DNA of 64,000 nucleotides from Octopus vulgaris (GCA_951406725.2 OX597820.1:124001-188000), one strand, 5' to 3'; positions 13,388 through 28,577 are shown, counted from the first letter of the stretch. Numbers and translations: made by a program. Notes: a model not told the origin generated them from the letters alone.

Positions 13388-13579
13388 CTGGAAAGTAAAG
13401 CAATTTTATGGCATGGATATAATACTTATGTTTCATCATCAATCATCCTCATCAATCTTCCTCATCAATCATCTTCATCAATTATCACCAATCATCATCA
13501 TCATAATCATAATCAATCATCATCATCAATCATCAATCATCATTAATCATCATCATCATTATTCATCATCTTCATCAAA

Positions 13580-13612
<33 letters not shown>

Positions 13613-13650
13613 GATCCCCATCATCATCAACATCATCGACATCATTATCA

Positions 13651-13699
<49 letters not shown>

Positions 13700-14090
13700 T
13701 TTTTTTTTCTTCTTTCAAATTTGCTTCCATTTCTTGCCGAATGTCTTCCCGACTCCTAGGGCAAAGAAACTCATAGTATACATTGGTAGGCCATTAAACC
13801 AAACTCAATAGTTCGTTCATTTTTTTTTTTTAAGTTAAATTAAAATACATGAGCAGCAACAGTTCTCACATCGACAATGCTCTTCTCAATACGTGTGATG
13901 TACCAGTTAAGACAATCTTTTGCACTTCTTGCAGGGATGGTAAGCCAGGGATCATTCTCATATAATTTTCGGTTCCCTTCTTGATCATTCCTAGTGCTCC
14001 TACGATCACTGGTATTGTAACCGCCTTGAGATGCCACATTTTCTCAATTTCAATGAGTATGTCTTTACATTTTCTGAGCTTGTCAAACTC

Positions 14091-14092
<2 letters not shown>
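13700..14092 (-). mobile_element. 5'-truncated R4/Dong family B copy (inverted)
   Basis: KEFDKLRKCKDILIEIEKMWHLKAVTIPVIVGALG...RRALSM plus 3' UTR, near-identical to ~25941-26327, flanked by (TTA)n. Confidence 0.85.
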
Positions 14093-14161
<69 letters not shown>

Positions 14162-15590
14162 CATTATTATTATTATTATTATCATTATTATTATTATAAG
14201 AACTGCCCACATCCTACGCAAAAACTATCAATTGAATAAATTACGTAAACAAAGCAACCCATAGACACAAGATTCACTTTATACAGCAATTACCCATGCA
14301 AATAAAAAAAACTTCCAGCAGTAACCCATTTAACCAACACATTACATAGACAATGCACAATACAAGCAGTAATGCAAAAAACACTGCACCACATCTTAAG
14401 AGAAAAAATAACTGGCGCAATACAATATCGGGAAGTTTCCACACTCCCAACAACAGAAAGGAACACACGATGTTGCACATACCCACCCCAGCAACACGGT
14501 GGTGTAGCAAGAAATGCAGTAGAAATCTGCCTCAAGCTACCAATAATAATCATTAAAGTAATAATCGTTATATCTGAATCCTTAACACTCACACTATCAA
14601 AAGAAAAAAACAGCCATTTTAGGAACGGCCCATAAGACACGATTAATTCAATACTACAACCTAAACAACTATCCAATGAAATAAACTACCACAAGCAAGC
14701 TGATTAACCTAGGTATTACACAATCAACACACAATACAAATACTAATTCGACAAAACACTGCATTACAACCCTACAATATGGAGATGTAGCCGTTGCTGC
14801 AGTAGAAATTTGCCTCAAGCTACCAAATGTTGAACAAGAACAATAAGAACAAGACTAGTAATCATTTCTCCTATAATCACAAGGCCTGACATTATGAGGT
14901 GCGGCTTAAGTCGATTAGATCGACCCCGGTACTCAACTCGTACTTAATTTATCGACCTCGAAAGGTTATAAAGCAAAGACAATTTCTGCGAATAAAACAT
15001 TTATTTTATATACATATATAGATAAGGCCTAATATTTTCTTAATATTTTCTATTTTATATCCAAATATAACAACCAATGGTCTCGTTTAAAATTTCCTTT
15101 TTCTTTCGTATCACAATCCTTTGAAGAAAAGCATCGCTATTTCTTCCATTTTCTTTTTCCTGTTTTATATTCTAATATATGCAAATGAGCGTCGTGTCGT
15201 CTCGTTTTCTTTCCACAATATTTGATCAGTTTGTGTCCATTTTGATGTTGTATATAATCCCTTTGCCACAGCAACTGAGCTGAGAAAGGTCTGACTTCTG
15301 TTAAAAGAACATGGTGCATCTACCTTATTCTACAATAGGCACAAGGCCTGATATTTTGGTGGGTAGGTCGGGGTCAGTTGATTACATCGACACTAATACT
15401 TGAATAGTGCCCATTTCATCGACTCTGCCAACTCATCACCTTAATAATAACAACAACCACAACAGCGACGAGGACGGGGAGGAGGACGAGGACGAGGACT
15501 ACGACGATGACGACGTTAATGATGATGATGATGATGATGATGAAACATAAGTGTTATATCCATGCAATAAAATTGTTTTACACAGAAAGT

Positions 15591-15649
<59 letters not shown>

Positions 15650-15652
<3 letters not shown>

Positions 15653-16185
15653 GGACCTACATACAATGGAAGCTATGCACACACTATAGAATAACACCAG
15701 AAATGAGATGGTATAAGTACACGCCAGAAAAGGTCACAAAAATGAGAAGGCAACAATACACAGATAGAGAAATTAAGGCCAATTAGGCCAGATATAGTTG
15801 TCAAAGATCATGAAGGGAAAAATGCATTCTGATTGATGTATCAATACCAACAGATGACAACGTTTCTCTAAAAGAAATGGAGAAACTTTCAAAATACAAA
15901 GACCTGGAAACAGAGGTATCTCGAAAGTGGAGTCTAAAAGCAGAACCAATTCCTCTGATAGTCGGCGAATTAGGTATGATAAAAAATATTCAGACAAATA
16001 CATAGCAAAAATGCCAGGACTAAATAATATATATGACATACAGAAAATAGCAGTCGTAGGCACCGCACACATCCTACGCAAAACACTTTCAATACAGTAA
16101 AAGTAAGAGCGTCACAGCAAACCAGAGCACATACCCAAGGCACACAGAGCTGTACTTGGTAGTACAGAAAAAGCACGTGATAACA
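15650..16185 (+). mobile_element. 5'-truncated, degenerate R4/Dong family A copy
   Basis: Homologous to 20245-20790 (RLE domain and 3' UTR); begins directly after (AAT)n. Confidence 0.8.
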
Positions 16186-16296
16186 ATAACACTATGATGA
16201 TGATAATAATAATGATGATGACGATGATGATGATGATGATGATGATGATGAAACATAAGTGTTATATTCATGCAATAAAATTGTTTTACTTTCCAG

Positions 16297-16413
16297 ACAT
16301 AGACGAGTGCACAGCAGACCCATGCGGGGCAGAGGGGACATGCACCAACACACCAGGATCCTACACATGTGTCTGTAATCCAGGGTTCGAGTTCAGCGGA
16401 ACAACATGCATTG
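16297..16413 (+). CDS. cbEGF exon 1 ([39 protein letters not shown])
   Basis: ttccAG acceptor, GTAAGT donor, 117 bp phase 1-1, DIDEC and CxNxxGSYxC calcium-binding EGF consensus. Confidence 0.9.
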
Positions 16414-16494
16414 GTAAGTAAAACAATAGACAACATCACGTGTATAGGTGTAACTGGTTTCAAGATATAATAACAAAAAATAATTATAGTAATA

Positions 16495-16558
<64 letters not shown>

Positions 16559-16600
16559 TAATAACCATAATAATAATAACAAAAATAATAATAATAATAA

Positions 16601-16631
<31 letters not shown>

Positions 16632-16634
16632 AAT

Positions 16635-16697
<63 letters not shown>

Positions 16698-16707
16698 GAT
16701 AATAATA

Positions 16708-16777
<70 letters not shown>

Positions 16778-16799
16778 TAATAATAATAATAGTAATAAA

Positions 16800-16840
<41 letters not shown>

Positions 16841-16866
16841 TAATAATAATAATAATAATAATAATG

Positions 16867-16936
<70 letters not shown>

Positions 16937-16996
16937 GAAAGAAGAAGAAGAAGAAGAAGAAGAAGAAGAAGAAGAAGAAGAAGAAGAAGAATAACA

Positions 16997-19900
16997 ATCG
17001 GGAGGTACGTACTTTAAACTTACAACTCAAAATGTACGAAAACCTACACGTGCAAAACAATGTGACAACAGAAATGAACGGACCGGTACCCTACGAAAAT
17101 GACGACCGTCAAAATAATGGGCCGGACGTTGTTCCTCATGTCCCGCAAATAAAACCCAAAAGACATAAATGGACACGTGAGGAATACATTTCTATCTTAC
17201 ACGCATACTTCACAGCTCTACACAAAAAATGAAAACACAACAACGCATACATATAAAATATGGAAGGAAAATAACATAAATATAAACTTGGATACAGCAA
17301 TGAACCCTAATAAATTAGCTAACGTACGAAGATACATTCTCAACGCAAAAAAGTATCAGAAATAGAAATAGAACATCTAAAAGAAAAAATACACCAGGAA
17401 AATGTAGATAGAAGCCACACAACAATGCCCAATAATATAAACACTGAAACAGTAAAACACGAAGACAAACGTAACATTCCCAACAAACACGATGTAAACA
17501 AAATACAACAAACCCAGACCGTAGGATGCATAATAATACACGACGAACAGCAAGCCAAAACACGGCAAACAATCATATAAATAAGAAAGAAAGCGACACA
17601 AATCTAAAACCTGGAAACAACGAAGGGGAGCCTAATGATTATGATAATATAAAAAGTAAAATAATCAAAGAACTGAAAACCACAGAGCTCAAAATGGACC
17701 ACCGACCATACCTCCCAAAAATCAAAATAGACGAAACAACAACACCAATTATAAAGAGCATAAACCTAGCCGTCACGGAACTAATAGCCACTGAAACAAA
17801 AAGCGATATCACTGAGCTAAATAACCTAATATACGCAGCAGCCACTGCAGCCACAAAAGAAGCTGGATACTCACCCAAACCCGCCCAAACAGGAGTACCA
17901 CCACCCAAACAAACCCTGTGGATAAATAACATCCAAAGCAAAATTAAAAAAATTAGAAAAGACCTGTCGATTCTAAATCAAATCAGCAAACAATCAACGC
18001 TACTGAGCAACAAAAAGAGAACGAAAATAAACCGCAAATATAACATCACAGAGAAAGATTTGCCTGAAATAAAAGAAAAGCTGAAGCAAGATATCCTTGC
18101 CAAAGCACAAAGGATCCGCCGGTACAAGAAACGCCAACGCTTATTTGAAGAAAACAAAAAGTTCAACTCCAACCCCAAAAAGTTCTACCAAGAACTGGGC
18201 AAAAATAAAATAGAAGTCACTGCAGCACCAACGGCAGAAGAATTGGAAGAATTCTGGAGAGAAATATGGTCGGCGAACGAACCACCAAACAAAGGAGTAT
18301 CAAAATAAAAAACTCGGCATCTGAACAACTTTGGACCCCCATAACAACTGAAGAGGTCACCCAGGCACTGCAAAGACTAAGCAACTGGAAGGCACCTGGG
18401 AATGACAAGATCCCCAACTTCTGGTTGAAATATCTAACAGGAATGCACAAAAAGCTGGCTGAAAACTTTAACAACGTACTAGCAGAGCCAGAGACAATGC
18501 CTGAATGGCTCACGAAGGGGAAAACCATCTAAATTCCCAAATCAAATGAAACAGAAAAACCAGAAAACTACAGACCAATAACCTGCCTCCCTACTATGTT
18601 CAAGGCATTTACTGCAGTGATATCACAAAGGCTGAACAAGCACCTGGACGAAAACAAACTGTTCCCAGAAGAGCAGAAAGGATGCCGCAAAGGCTCATAT
18701 GGCTGTAAAGATCAACTAATGATTAATAAAGCCATAACTGAAGACAGCCACAGAAAGAAGAAAGGCCTCAGTATGGCCTGGATTGATTACAAAATGGCGT
18801 TTGATAGCATCCTCCACACATGGATCCTCGAAACACTAGCCATTAACAAAGTAGCACCAACAATCATAAAATTCATAGAGCACTCTATGAATAAATGGCA
18901 AACAGTCCTACACCTCCAAACAAAAGAGGCACTCATGAAAACCAAAGACATCCCCATTAGAAGTGGAATATTCCAGGGAGACACGCTCTCTCCACTCCTT
19001 TTCTGCTTGGCACTGTCACCTCTATCTGATATGCTAAATAGAACTGGATGCGGATATAAATGTTACGGCAAAACGATCAGCCACATTTTATATATGGATG
19101 ACCTAAAACTATACGCTGCAAATGACAAACAGCTGGAAACACTATTAAAGACAGTTCATGGATTTACCAAAGAAATAGATATGAAATTTGGATTAGAAAA
19201 ATGCGCCAAAGTAACCATGAAAAGAGGAAAACTAGTTAAGAGTAGCAACATCATACTAGATAAAACCAATGAAATAAAAGAATTAGACGAAAGCCAAACT
19301 TACAAATACTTAGAAATCCATGAAGTAGATAAGACACAACACACACAAATGAAAGAGAAAATAAAAAAAGAATATTATAGACGAATTAGATCAATACTAA
19401 AAACAGAGCTCAATGCTAAAAACAAGATAATATGTATTAACACTTTAGCCGTCCCAGTTATAAGTTACAGCTACAATATCTTTAACTGGACACTAAATGA
19501 ACTGACCAAAAGAGATAGGAAAACAAGAAAAATAATGACAGGATCTAAGATGCATCACCCAAAATCTGACATAGAAAAACTATACATACAACGTATAGAA
19601 GGTGGTAGAGACCTTATACAGCTGGACAACTACTATAAAATAACCACCATAGGACTGCAAAAATATCTACTTCAGAAGGAAGGAAAACTGATACAAATAG
19701 CGGCAAAACACGAGCAAAACAAAAAACTGTTCTCAGTATTTAAGGAAGCTGACAAATACAAACAAGAAATCATACCACCTAATAAATATGAAGAAGAAGA
19801 AGAAGAAGAAGAAGAAGAAGAAGAAGAAGAAGAAGAAGAAGAAGAAGAAGAAGAAGAAGAAGAAGAAGAAGAAGAAGATGAAGAAAGAACAAAAGCTATA

Positions 19901-20812
19901 AAACAAATGAAATCCAAACTAAAAATAGAACAGCAACAAAACATGATAAAACGATGGCAAGAAAAGCCCCTTCATGGTAAATGCTGGACTAAACTAAACG
20001 CAAAAGAAATAGACAAAGAAAAATCCCAGCAATGGTTGAGAAGCTCAGGACTCAAAGCAGAAACAGAGGGATTTTTAGTTGCAGCACAAGCCTCCCCACC
20101 AGAAATTACCAAAAACATGTAATGAAAAGAAATATAACAAGTAACTGCAGAATATGTCGTGATGGACAAGAAACAATAAATCATATTATCTCTGGCTGCC
20201 CAGTCCTGGCTAAGAAGGAATATATTCACAGACATGACAGAGTTGGAACCTACATACACTGGAAGCTATGCCAACATTATGGAATAACAACAGAAAAAAG
20301 ATGGTATAGGCACAATCCTGAAAAGGTCACAGAAAACGAAAAAGCAATCATACTCTGGGATATGCCGATACACACAGATAGAGAAATTAAGGCCAACAGA
20401 CCATATATAGTTGTCAGAGATCATGAAAAAAAAAATGCTTTCTAATTGATGTATCAATACCGGAAGATAATAACGTGTCTCTAAAAGAAATGGAGAAACT
20501 TTCAAAATACAAAGATCTGGAAATAGAGGTAACAAGAATGTGGAATCTAAAAACAGAAACAATTCCTATCATAGTAGGTGCATTAGGCATCATAAAAAAA
20601 TATTCAGACAAATACATAACAAAAACACCAGGACTTACAAACACATATAACATATAGAAAATTGCACTACTAGGCACTGCACACATCCTACGCAGCAGAC
20701 TTTCCATACAATAACCATCAGAGCATCACAACAAATCACAGCACATACCCAAGGCACACAGAGCTGTGCTCGGTAGTGAAGTGAAAGCACGCTATAAAAA
20801 TAAAACTACTGA
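16997..20812 (+). mobile_element. Near full-length R4/Dong-clade non-LTR retrotransposon, family A (frameshifted)
   Basis: N-terminal KWTREEY motif, RT with FQGDTLSPLLF and YMDD, CRIC...HIISGC zinc knuckle, RHD and RLE motifs; (AAT)n on both sides. Confidence 0.9.
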
Positions 20813-20862
20813 ATAAGGATAATAATAATAATAATAAAAATAATAACCATAATAATAATAAC

Positions 20863-20949
<87 letters not shown>

Positions 20950-20959
20950 AATAATATTA

Positions 20960-20994
<35 letters not shown>

Positions 20995-21009
20995 AATAAT
21001 GATAGTAAT

Positions 21010-21100
<91 letters not shown>

Positions 21101-21167
21101 TTAATAATATTAATAATAATAATAATAATAATAATGATGATGATGATGTCGATAATGTTGATGATGG

Positions 21168-21207
<40 letters not shown>

Positions 21208-21378
21208 TAATGATGATGATGATTAATGATGATTTATGATTGATGATGATGATTGATTATGATTATGATGATGATGATCATGATTGGTGATGATTGATGA
21301 AGATGATTGATGAGGAAGTTTGATGAGGATGATGAAACAAGTATTATATTCACGTAATAAAATTGTTTTACTTTCCAG

Positions 21379-21495
21379 ACATTGACGAGTGCACAGGTTT
21401 CCCATGCTTGGACAATGAGGTATGCACCAACACACCAGGATCCTACACATGTGCCTGCAGTCCAGCGTTCGAGTTGAACGGAATATTTTGCGTTG
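21379..21495 (+). CDS. cbEGF exon 2 ([39 protein letters not shown])
   Basis: Canonical AG/GTAAGT, 117 bp, six cysteines. Confidence 0.9.
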
Positions 21496-21546
21496 GTAAG
21501 TAAAGCAGAATAGACATCACGTGTGTAGGTGTAACTGGTTTCGAGT

Positions 21547-21592
<46 letters not shown>

Positions 21593-21653
21593 GATAATAA
21601 TAATAATGATAATGATGATAATAATAATAGATAATGATAATAATGATAATAAT

Positions 21654-21688
<35 letters not shown>

Positions 21689-21960
21689 TGATGATAATAA
21701 TAAAAATAATAAAGATAATGATGATGAAGTCGATGATGTTCATGATGGTGATGATGATGATAATTACTGAAGATTGATGATTGATGATGATGATGATTGA
21801 TGACTGATGATCATTGATGATAGATGATTATTGATGATTGATGATGATGATTGATGAAGATGATTGATGACGATGATGATGATGATTGATGATGATAATG
21901 ATGATTCATGATGATGAAACAAGTATTATATCCATGCAATAAAATTGTTTTACTTTTCAG

Positions 21961-22028
21961 ACATAGACGAGTGCACAGCAGACCCATGCGGGGCACGGGA
22001 AATGCACCAACACACCAGACATGCATTG
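21961..22028 (+). pseudogene. Broken cbEGF exon (2-bp plus 47-bp deletions, 68 bp)
   Basis: Splice sites intact but length is not a multiple of 3. Confidence 0.85.
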
Positions 22029-22089
22029 GTAAGTAAAACAATAGACAACATCACGCGTATAGGTGTAACTGGTTTCAAGATATAATAAA

Positions 22090-22184
<95 letters not shown>

Positions 22185-22249
22185 TATGATGGTAATGTTG
22201 GTGATAATGATGATAGTGATGGTAATGGTGATGATAATAACAATAATAA

Positions 22250-25200
22250 GCCGACAACGGCTGCTATAATGGTACGATTATAATTGTAACGGCAATGATG
22301 GCCGTCTCCCCACGAGCCAATCAAAGCTAAAAATGATAACATTATCGTAGCACCAAAATGTTTTTGGAAACTAAAAGGAAAACTAAATCAGTATACCAAA
22401 TCGCTTGTCCTATGGTTAATCTGGAAGCGCGTCCCCCAGGGAAGAGCCAGCCTGGGATCGAAAAGTCATCAACTGGCACAAACTCTTCTCCGAATACGGA
22501 CATGGATGGTCACTTGAACGGGAAATCCCCCAACTCGAGCCCTCCAAGTTCACCACCACAACCACCACAGAAAGAAAAATGTAAGTGGAACAAATGGACC
22601 CGAGAAGAGTATAAAGAAGTAACATACGCTTATTACTATGCATTAGGTAGGCCATCTCAAGAGAGACACACCGCAAACTCTTACAGTATATGGAGAACAC
22701 GGAATCAAGACAGTAGGCCCTATTTGGACGAGAACAAATTAGCAAATGTGAGGAGGGATATTCTTAGAAATAACAGACTCACAGACAGTGAAATAAGCGC
22801 GATCAAGCACGCAACGGAAAATGACATAAATATAAGACACAAAGGAAATGAAGAATCAGATGAACAGTATAGCCCACCACGAGGCTTAATTGAAAGACTG
22901 CCATCTGACCAAAGTACGCAAAGGCCTGAAGATACAAGAAATTCTATTGTACCAGTTAAAGATAGCCAGGAAAACGAAAAAACAACAGTAACTGAAGATC
23001 TCGCATTTGCTGAAGAACACAGAGTCTATGGCAGAAATGAGGCAGAAAATCCTGAATACGCTTGAAGTTGTACCTGTTAAAGATAGCCAGGAAAACGAAA
23101 AAACAACAGTAACTGAAGATCTCGCATTTGCTGAAGAACACAGAGAGTCTATGGCAGAAATGAGGCAGAAAATCCTGAATACGCTTGAAGTTGTAAGACA
23201 TACAAGTATGAATGATAGAGAACCACTTCATAAACTCTCAAATACAAACCAAAATAAAAAACAAATCCAAATTGGCAACTATGTAACAAATGAAATAATA
23301 CGAGAATTAAAACCTGATTTTACTGAGTTAAATGAAATTATTTACGCTTCTGCTAGGGCAATTGAAACCAGCTGTATGCCCCCGAAAAAACAAAGAAAAC
23401 AAAACCTGGGAAGAAATCAAACCTGGAGAAGTAAAATTGAAAAAGAGATTGAATTTATGAGAGGGGAAATATCAATATTAAATGAACTAATATGTGGAAA
23501 TGATGTAAGATCCAGAACAGGAAGAAAGATGAAGAGAAAATTTGGATCCTCACCAAGAGAAGAACTGATATCAATAAAAGAAACGCTGAAACAAAAAGTC
23601 CAAGCAAAAGCCCAAAGAATACGAAGATTTGAGAAGAGAAACAAGTTTTACAAGCAAAATAAGCTGTTCACATCCAATTCCAAAAAATTCTACAGAGAAA
23701 TAGGGAAGGAGAAAGTAACCGTTAAAGACACCCCTCCCATGGAAGAAGTTCAAAACTTTTGGAAAAGGATTTGGAGTGACAAGAAGACGTACAACATAAA
23801 TGCAGACTGGATTATACAAACTGAAGGATCCTACCAAAATTTACAACAACAAGCATGGGAAGACATCACAATAGCTGACCTAAGAAAGGCACTCACGAAG
23901 GCCCATAATTGGAAATCCCCCGGTAAAGATAGGGTGCCGAATTTCTGGCTCGCATCGCTCCCGTGCGCACACGGTAAGCTAGTTCAGCTGCTCAATGGAA
24001 TTATGAGAGACCCAAAGAAAGCACCTGAATGGTTAGCAAGTGGCATTACTTACCTACTCCCAAAAAATAACGAAACCAACCTTCCAAAAAACTATCGCCC
24101 TATAACCTGTCTATCCACCACGTATAAAATCCTAACATCTATCCTGGCGGAGAAAACATATGCATTCATGGAGAAGAACGATATTTTCCCCATTGAACAA
24201 AAAGGGTGCCGCCGAGGCTCTTACGGATGCAAAGATCAACTGCTAATCAATCGTATGATCCTTGAGTACTGTCACAACAAGCGCAGAAATCTCAGCACCG
24301 CATGGATTGACTATAAAAAGGCCTTCGACAGTATACCGCATCCATGGATCTTGAGATCGCTGGACATCTTCAAAATTTCCCCTGTGATTTCAAACTTCCT
24401 GAAGCACAATATGTCGTTGTGAAATACATATCTCCAATTATACCACTCTAATGGAGTACTTGCCTCAGAAAATATAAACATCAACTGTGGAATTTTTCAA
24501 GGTGACTCACTTTCACCATTAATATTCTGCATAGCCCTAATACCCCTTACAAGTGAATTAAACAGAACAGAGTATGGGTATAAAGTTGCCAATAAAAAAA
24601 TAAGCCATCTATTTTATATGGATGACTTAAAACTTTATGGTAAAGACAATAATGAACTTGAAGGCCTATTGCGCACCGTGAAAGCATTCAGCGATGACAT
24701 CGGGATGGAGTTTGGACTTGAGAAGTGTGCCAAGGCCACTTTCCAGAAAGGGAAAATGAAGACCACAAATTCAGTCGTGTTAGATGTTGACACAGTCATA
24801 AGAGAGCTTGAGCAAGAACAAACATACAAATATTTAGGGATAAATGAAGGCTCTGGTATTCAGCATGCAAGTATGAAAGAGAAAATCAGGAAGGAATGTT
24901 ATAGGAGAGTTCGTGCAGTCCTGAAATCTGAACTAAATGCACGTAACAAGGTGTTAGCTATAAATTCCTTAGCAGTTCCAGTTGTTACTTATAGCTACAA
25001 TGTGTTGAATTGGAATATGAGTGAAGTAAAGAATATAGATAGAAAAATACGCAAGCTGCTGAGTTGTAATAGGATGCACCACCCAAAGGCAGACGTAGAT
25101 CGCCTTTACCTTCCCAGAGCCCAAGGAGGTCGAGGCCTGATCCAATTTGAACTAGCTTACAAAACAACCACAATTGGACTGGCTAAATATCTCGAAATAT

Positions 25201-26327
25201 CGAATGACTGGATGCTAAAGCTCGTGGAAAATCACGAGAGACGAAAGAAGCTTCATTCTATCATAAAGGAAAGCAAAAAATTTGCTATTGATCTCGTGCA
25301 GGATACCCAAACTGAACAACCCGAGGGAAGTACGGCAACTATTGTTGCAAAGAAGGTGAAAATGATGGCAATGAAAAAAGCGCACGAGCAATTGGCTGAT
25401 AGGTGGGAGGAGAAACCTCTGCACGGCAAATATGTGACCCGCAGCAAACAAGCTGATGTTAACCAGAAGCAAACCCATCAGTGGCTACGGAGCTCAGGGC
25501 TAAAAGCAGAGAGCGAAGGTTTCATCCTGGCTGCTCAAGATCAAAGCCTATTAACCCGGGACTACCAGGCCAATGTGATGAAAAATGGAGCAGACCCAAA
25601 ATGCCGATTCTGCAACGACATGATTGAAACAGTGGACCATCTAATCTCTGGATGTAAAGTCTTAGCACCAGTGGAGTATAAATTAAGACATGACAGAGTT
25701 GGCCAATATCTACACTGGCTAATAAGTCGGCATTACAATATCAAAACTGCCGACAAGTGGTATAATCACCACCCTGTAGCTGTAACTGAAGGAGAAAATG
25801 TAACCATTCTGTGGGACTTTCCAGTACATACAGACCGAACATTCAAGGCCAATAAACCACATACTGTTATGAAAGACCAAAACAATAAAGTTTGCTTATT
25901 GATCGACATGAGCATCCCCTGTGATCATAATATCTCAGCGAAAGAGTTTGACAAGCTCAGAAAATATAAAGACCTACTCATTGAAATTGAGAGAATGTGG
26001 CATCTCAAGGCGGTTACAATACCAGTGATCGTATGAGCACTAGGAATGATCAAGAAGGGAACCGAAAATTATATGAGAATGATCCCTGGCTTACCATCCC
26101 TGGAAGAAGTGCAAAAGATTGTCTTAACTGGTACATCACACGTATTGAGAAGAGCATTGTCGATGTGAGAACTGTTGCTGCTCATGTATTTTAATTTAAC
26201 TTTAAAAAAAAAAACTATTGAGTTTGGTTTAATGGCCTACCAATGTATACTATGAGTTTCTTTGCCCTAGGAGTCGGGAAGACACTCGGCAAGAAATGGA
26301 AGCAAATTTGAAAGAAGAAAAAAAAAG
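22250..26327 (+). mobile_element. Near full-length R4/Dong-clade non-LTR retrotransposon, family B (few lesions)
   Basis: KWTREEY, RT (YRPITCL, QKGCRRGSYGCKDQL, YMDD), CRFC...HLISGC, RHD, RLE; a stop at 24420 and a tandem duplication break the ORF; AAT tracts both sides. Confidence 0.9.
22947..23190 (+). repeat. Internal tandem duplication (121 + 123 bp) in R4 family B
   Basis: ttgtacc(a/t)gttaaagatagcc...gcttgaag occurs twice with TTGTA microhomology; the first copy lacks 2 bp. Confidence 0.9.
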
Positions 26328-26557
26328 TAATAATAACAATAATAATGATGATAATGATGTCGATGATGATAATAATGATAGGGATGATGATGATGATGAT
26401 GATGATGATGTTAATGATGATGGGGATGATGATATGATGTTGATTGGTGATGATTGATGATTGATGGTGATGATTGGTGAAGATGATTGATAATGATGAT
26501 TGATGATGATGAAACATAAGTATTATATCCATGCAATAAAATTGTTTTACTTTTCAG

Positions 26558-26674
26558 ACATAGACGAGTGCACAGCAGACCCATGCAGGGCACAGGGGAC
26601 ATGCACCAACACACCAGGATCCTACACATGTGTCTGTAATCCTGGGTTCGAGTTCAGCGGAACAACATGCACTG
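26558..26674 (+). CDS. cbEGF exon ([39 protein letters not shown])
   Basis: AG/GTAAGT, 117 bp, open. Confidence 0.9.
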
Positions 26675-26735
26675 GTAAGTAAAACAATAGACAACATCAC
26701 GCGTATAGGTGTAACTGGTTTCAAGATATAATAAA

Positions 26736-26815
<80 letters not shown>

Positions 26816-26980
26816 TGATGATGATGATGATGTCGATGATGTTGATGATGATTGATTATGATGATGATTATTATGATTGGTGATGATTGATGAAGATGAT
26901 TGATGAGGAAGTTTGATGAGGATGATTGATGATGAAACATAAGTATTATATTCACGCAATAAAATTGTTTTACTCTCCAG

Positions 26981-27097
26981 ACATAGACGAGTGCACAGAT
27001 GACCCATGCGGGGCACAGGGGACATGCACCAACATTGCAGGATCCTTCACATGTGCCTGCAGTCCAGGGTTCGAGTTCGACGTAGTAACTTGCGTTG
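26981..27097 (+). CDS. cbEGF exon ([39 protein letters not shown])
   Basis: AG/GTAAGT, 117 bp, open. Confidence 0.9.
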
Positions 27098-27148
27098 GTA
27101 AGTAAAGCAGAATAGACATCACGTGTATAGGTGTAACTGATTTCGAGT

Positions 27149-27219
<71 letters not shown>

Positions 27220-27462
27220 TGATAATAAAAAAATAATAAAGATAATAATGATGTCGATGATGTTCATGATGATGGTGATGATGATGATGATGTTGATGAT
27301 GATTGATGATTGATGATGATGATTGAAGATGATTTATGACCATCATGATGATGATTGATGATGATGATGATGATGATGATGATTGATGATGATGATTGAT
27401 GATTGATGATGATGATTGATGATGATGATTGATGATTGATGATGATGATTGATGAAGATGAT

Positions 27463-27582
<120 letters not shown>

Positions 27583-27733
27583 GATGATGATGATGATGAT
27601 TGATGATGATGATTGATGAAGATGATTGATGACGATGATGATGATGATTGATGATGATGATGATGATGATGATGATTGATGATGATGAAACATAAGTATC
27701 ATATCCATGCAATAAAATTGTTTTACTTTTCAG

Positions 27734-27848
27734 ACATAGACGAGTGCACAGCAGACCCATGCGGGGCACGGGAAATGCACCAACACACCAGGATCCTACA
27801 CATGTGTCTGTAATCCAGGGTTCGAGTTCAGCGAAACAACATGCATTG
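27734..27848 (+). pseudogene. Frameshifted cbEGF exon (115 bp, 2-bp deletion)
   Basis: gcacgggaaatgc instead of gcacaggggacatgc; same lesion as the 21961 copy; splice sites intact. Confidence 0.85.
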
Positions 27849-27904
27849 GTAAGTAAAACAATAGACAACATCACGTGTATAGGTGTAACTGGTTTCAAGA
27901 TATA

Positions 27905-28245
27905 AAAAGTACACTGCAACATCATTTCTTTTCCTCAACAGGCCCTGTCCTATTTAACATTGTCCCGAGGGAGATCAAAGAGGAAAAGGATCCCATCAAC
28001 TTTAAACAGAGTCTGGATAGATTCCTTCAAAGAATACCAGATAAGCCACCCATAATTAGATACAACTCACCCAACAAGAACTCACTACTTGAACAAAACT
28101 GGATACAACTCACCCAACAAGAACTCACTACTTGAACAAAACTTGACTTTAAAAAAACTTGACTTAAACAGGATTCGAATAATCCTATCAGGTGATGCTA
28201 TTAAGTTAGACATGGCCTGGACCAATCTTTGGTCGAAACATATCT
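27905..28245 (+). mobile_element. 3' fragment of a CR1/L2-like LINE
   Basis: FFSSTGPVLFNIVPREIKE...FKQSLDRFLQRIPDKP, typical RT C-terminal tail, followed by a stem-loop and (TAA)n. Confidence 0.6.
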
Positions 28246-28258
28246 AATAATAATAATG

Positions 28259-28298
<40 letters not shown>

Positions 28299-28460
28299 TG
28301 ATGATGTTGATGATGATGTGGATGATGATGATGATAATGATGATGATTGGTGATGATTGATGATTGATGGTGATGATTGGTGAAGATGATTGATAATGAT
28401 GATTGATGATGATGAAACATAAGTATTATATCCATGCCATAAAATTGTTTTACTTTCCAG

Positions 28461-28577
28461 ACATAGACGAGTGCACAGCAGACCCATGCGGGGCACAGGG
28501 GACATGCACCAACACACCAGGATCCTACACATGTGTCTGTAATCCAGGGTTCGAGTTCAGCGGAACAACATGCACTG
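28461..28577 (+). CDS. cbEGF exon ([39 protein letters not shown])
   Basis: AG/GTAAGT, 117 bp, open. Confidence 0.9.

Noticed and set aside
22250-22350. HDV-like ribozyme at the 5' end of R4 family B
   Set aside because: A P3/L3-like cgt-ctcccc-acg is present, but I could not build P1 and P2; needs a covariance search
26500-26682. 60-aa MMMMKHKYY...GK ORFs as standalone small EGF peptide genes
   Set aside because: The N-termini are translated (GAT)n and acceptor flank; splice signals delimit the real coding part exactly
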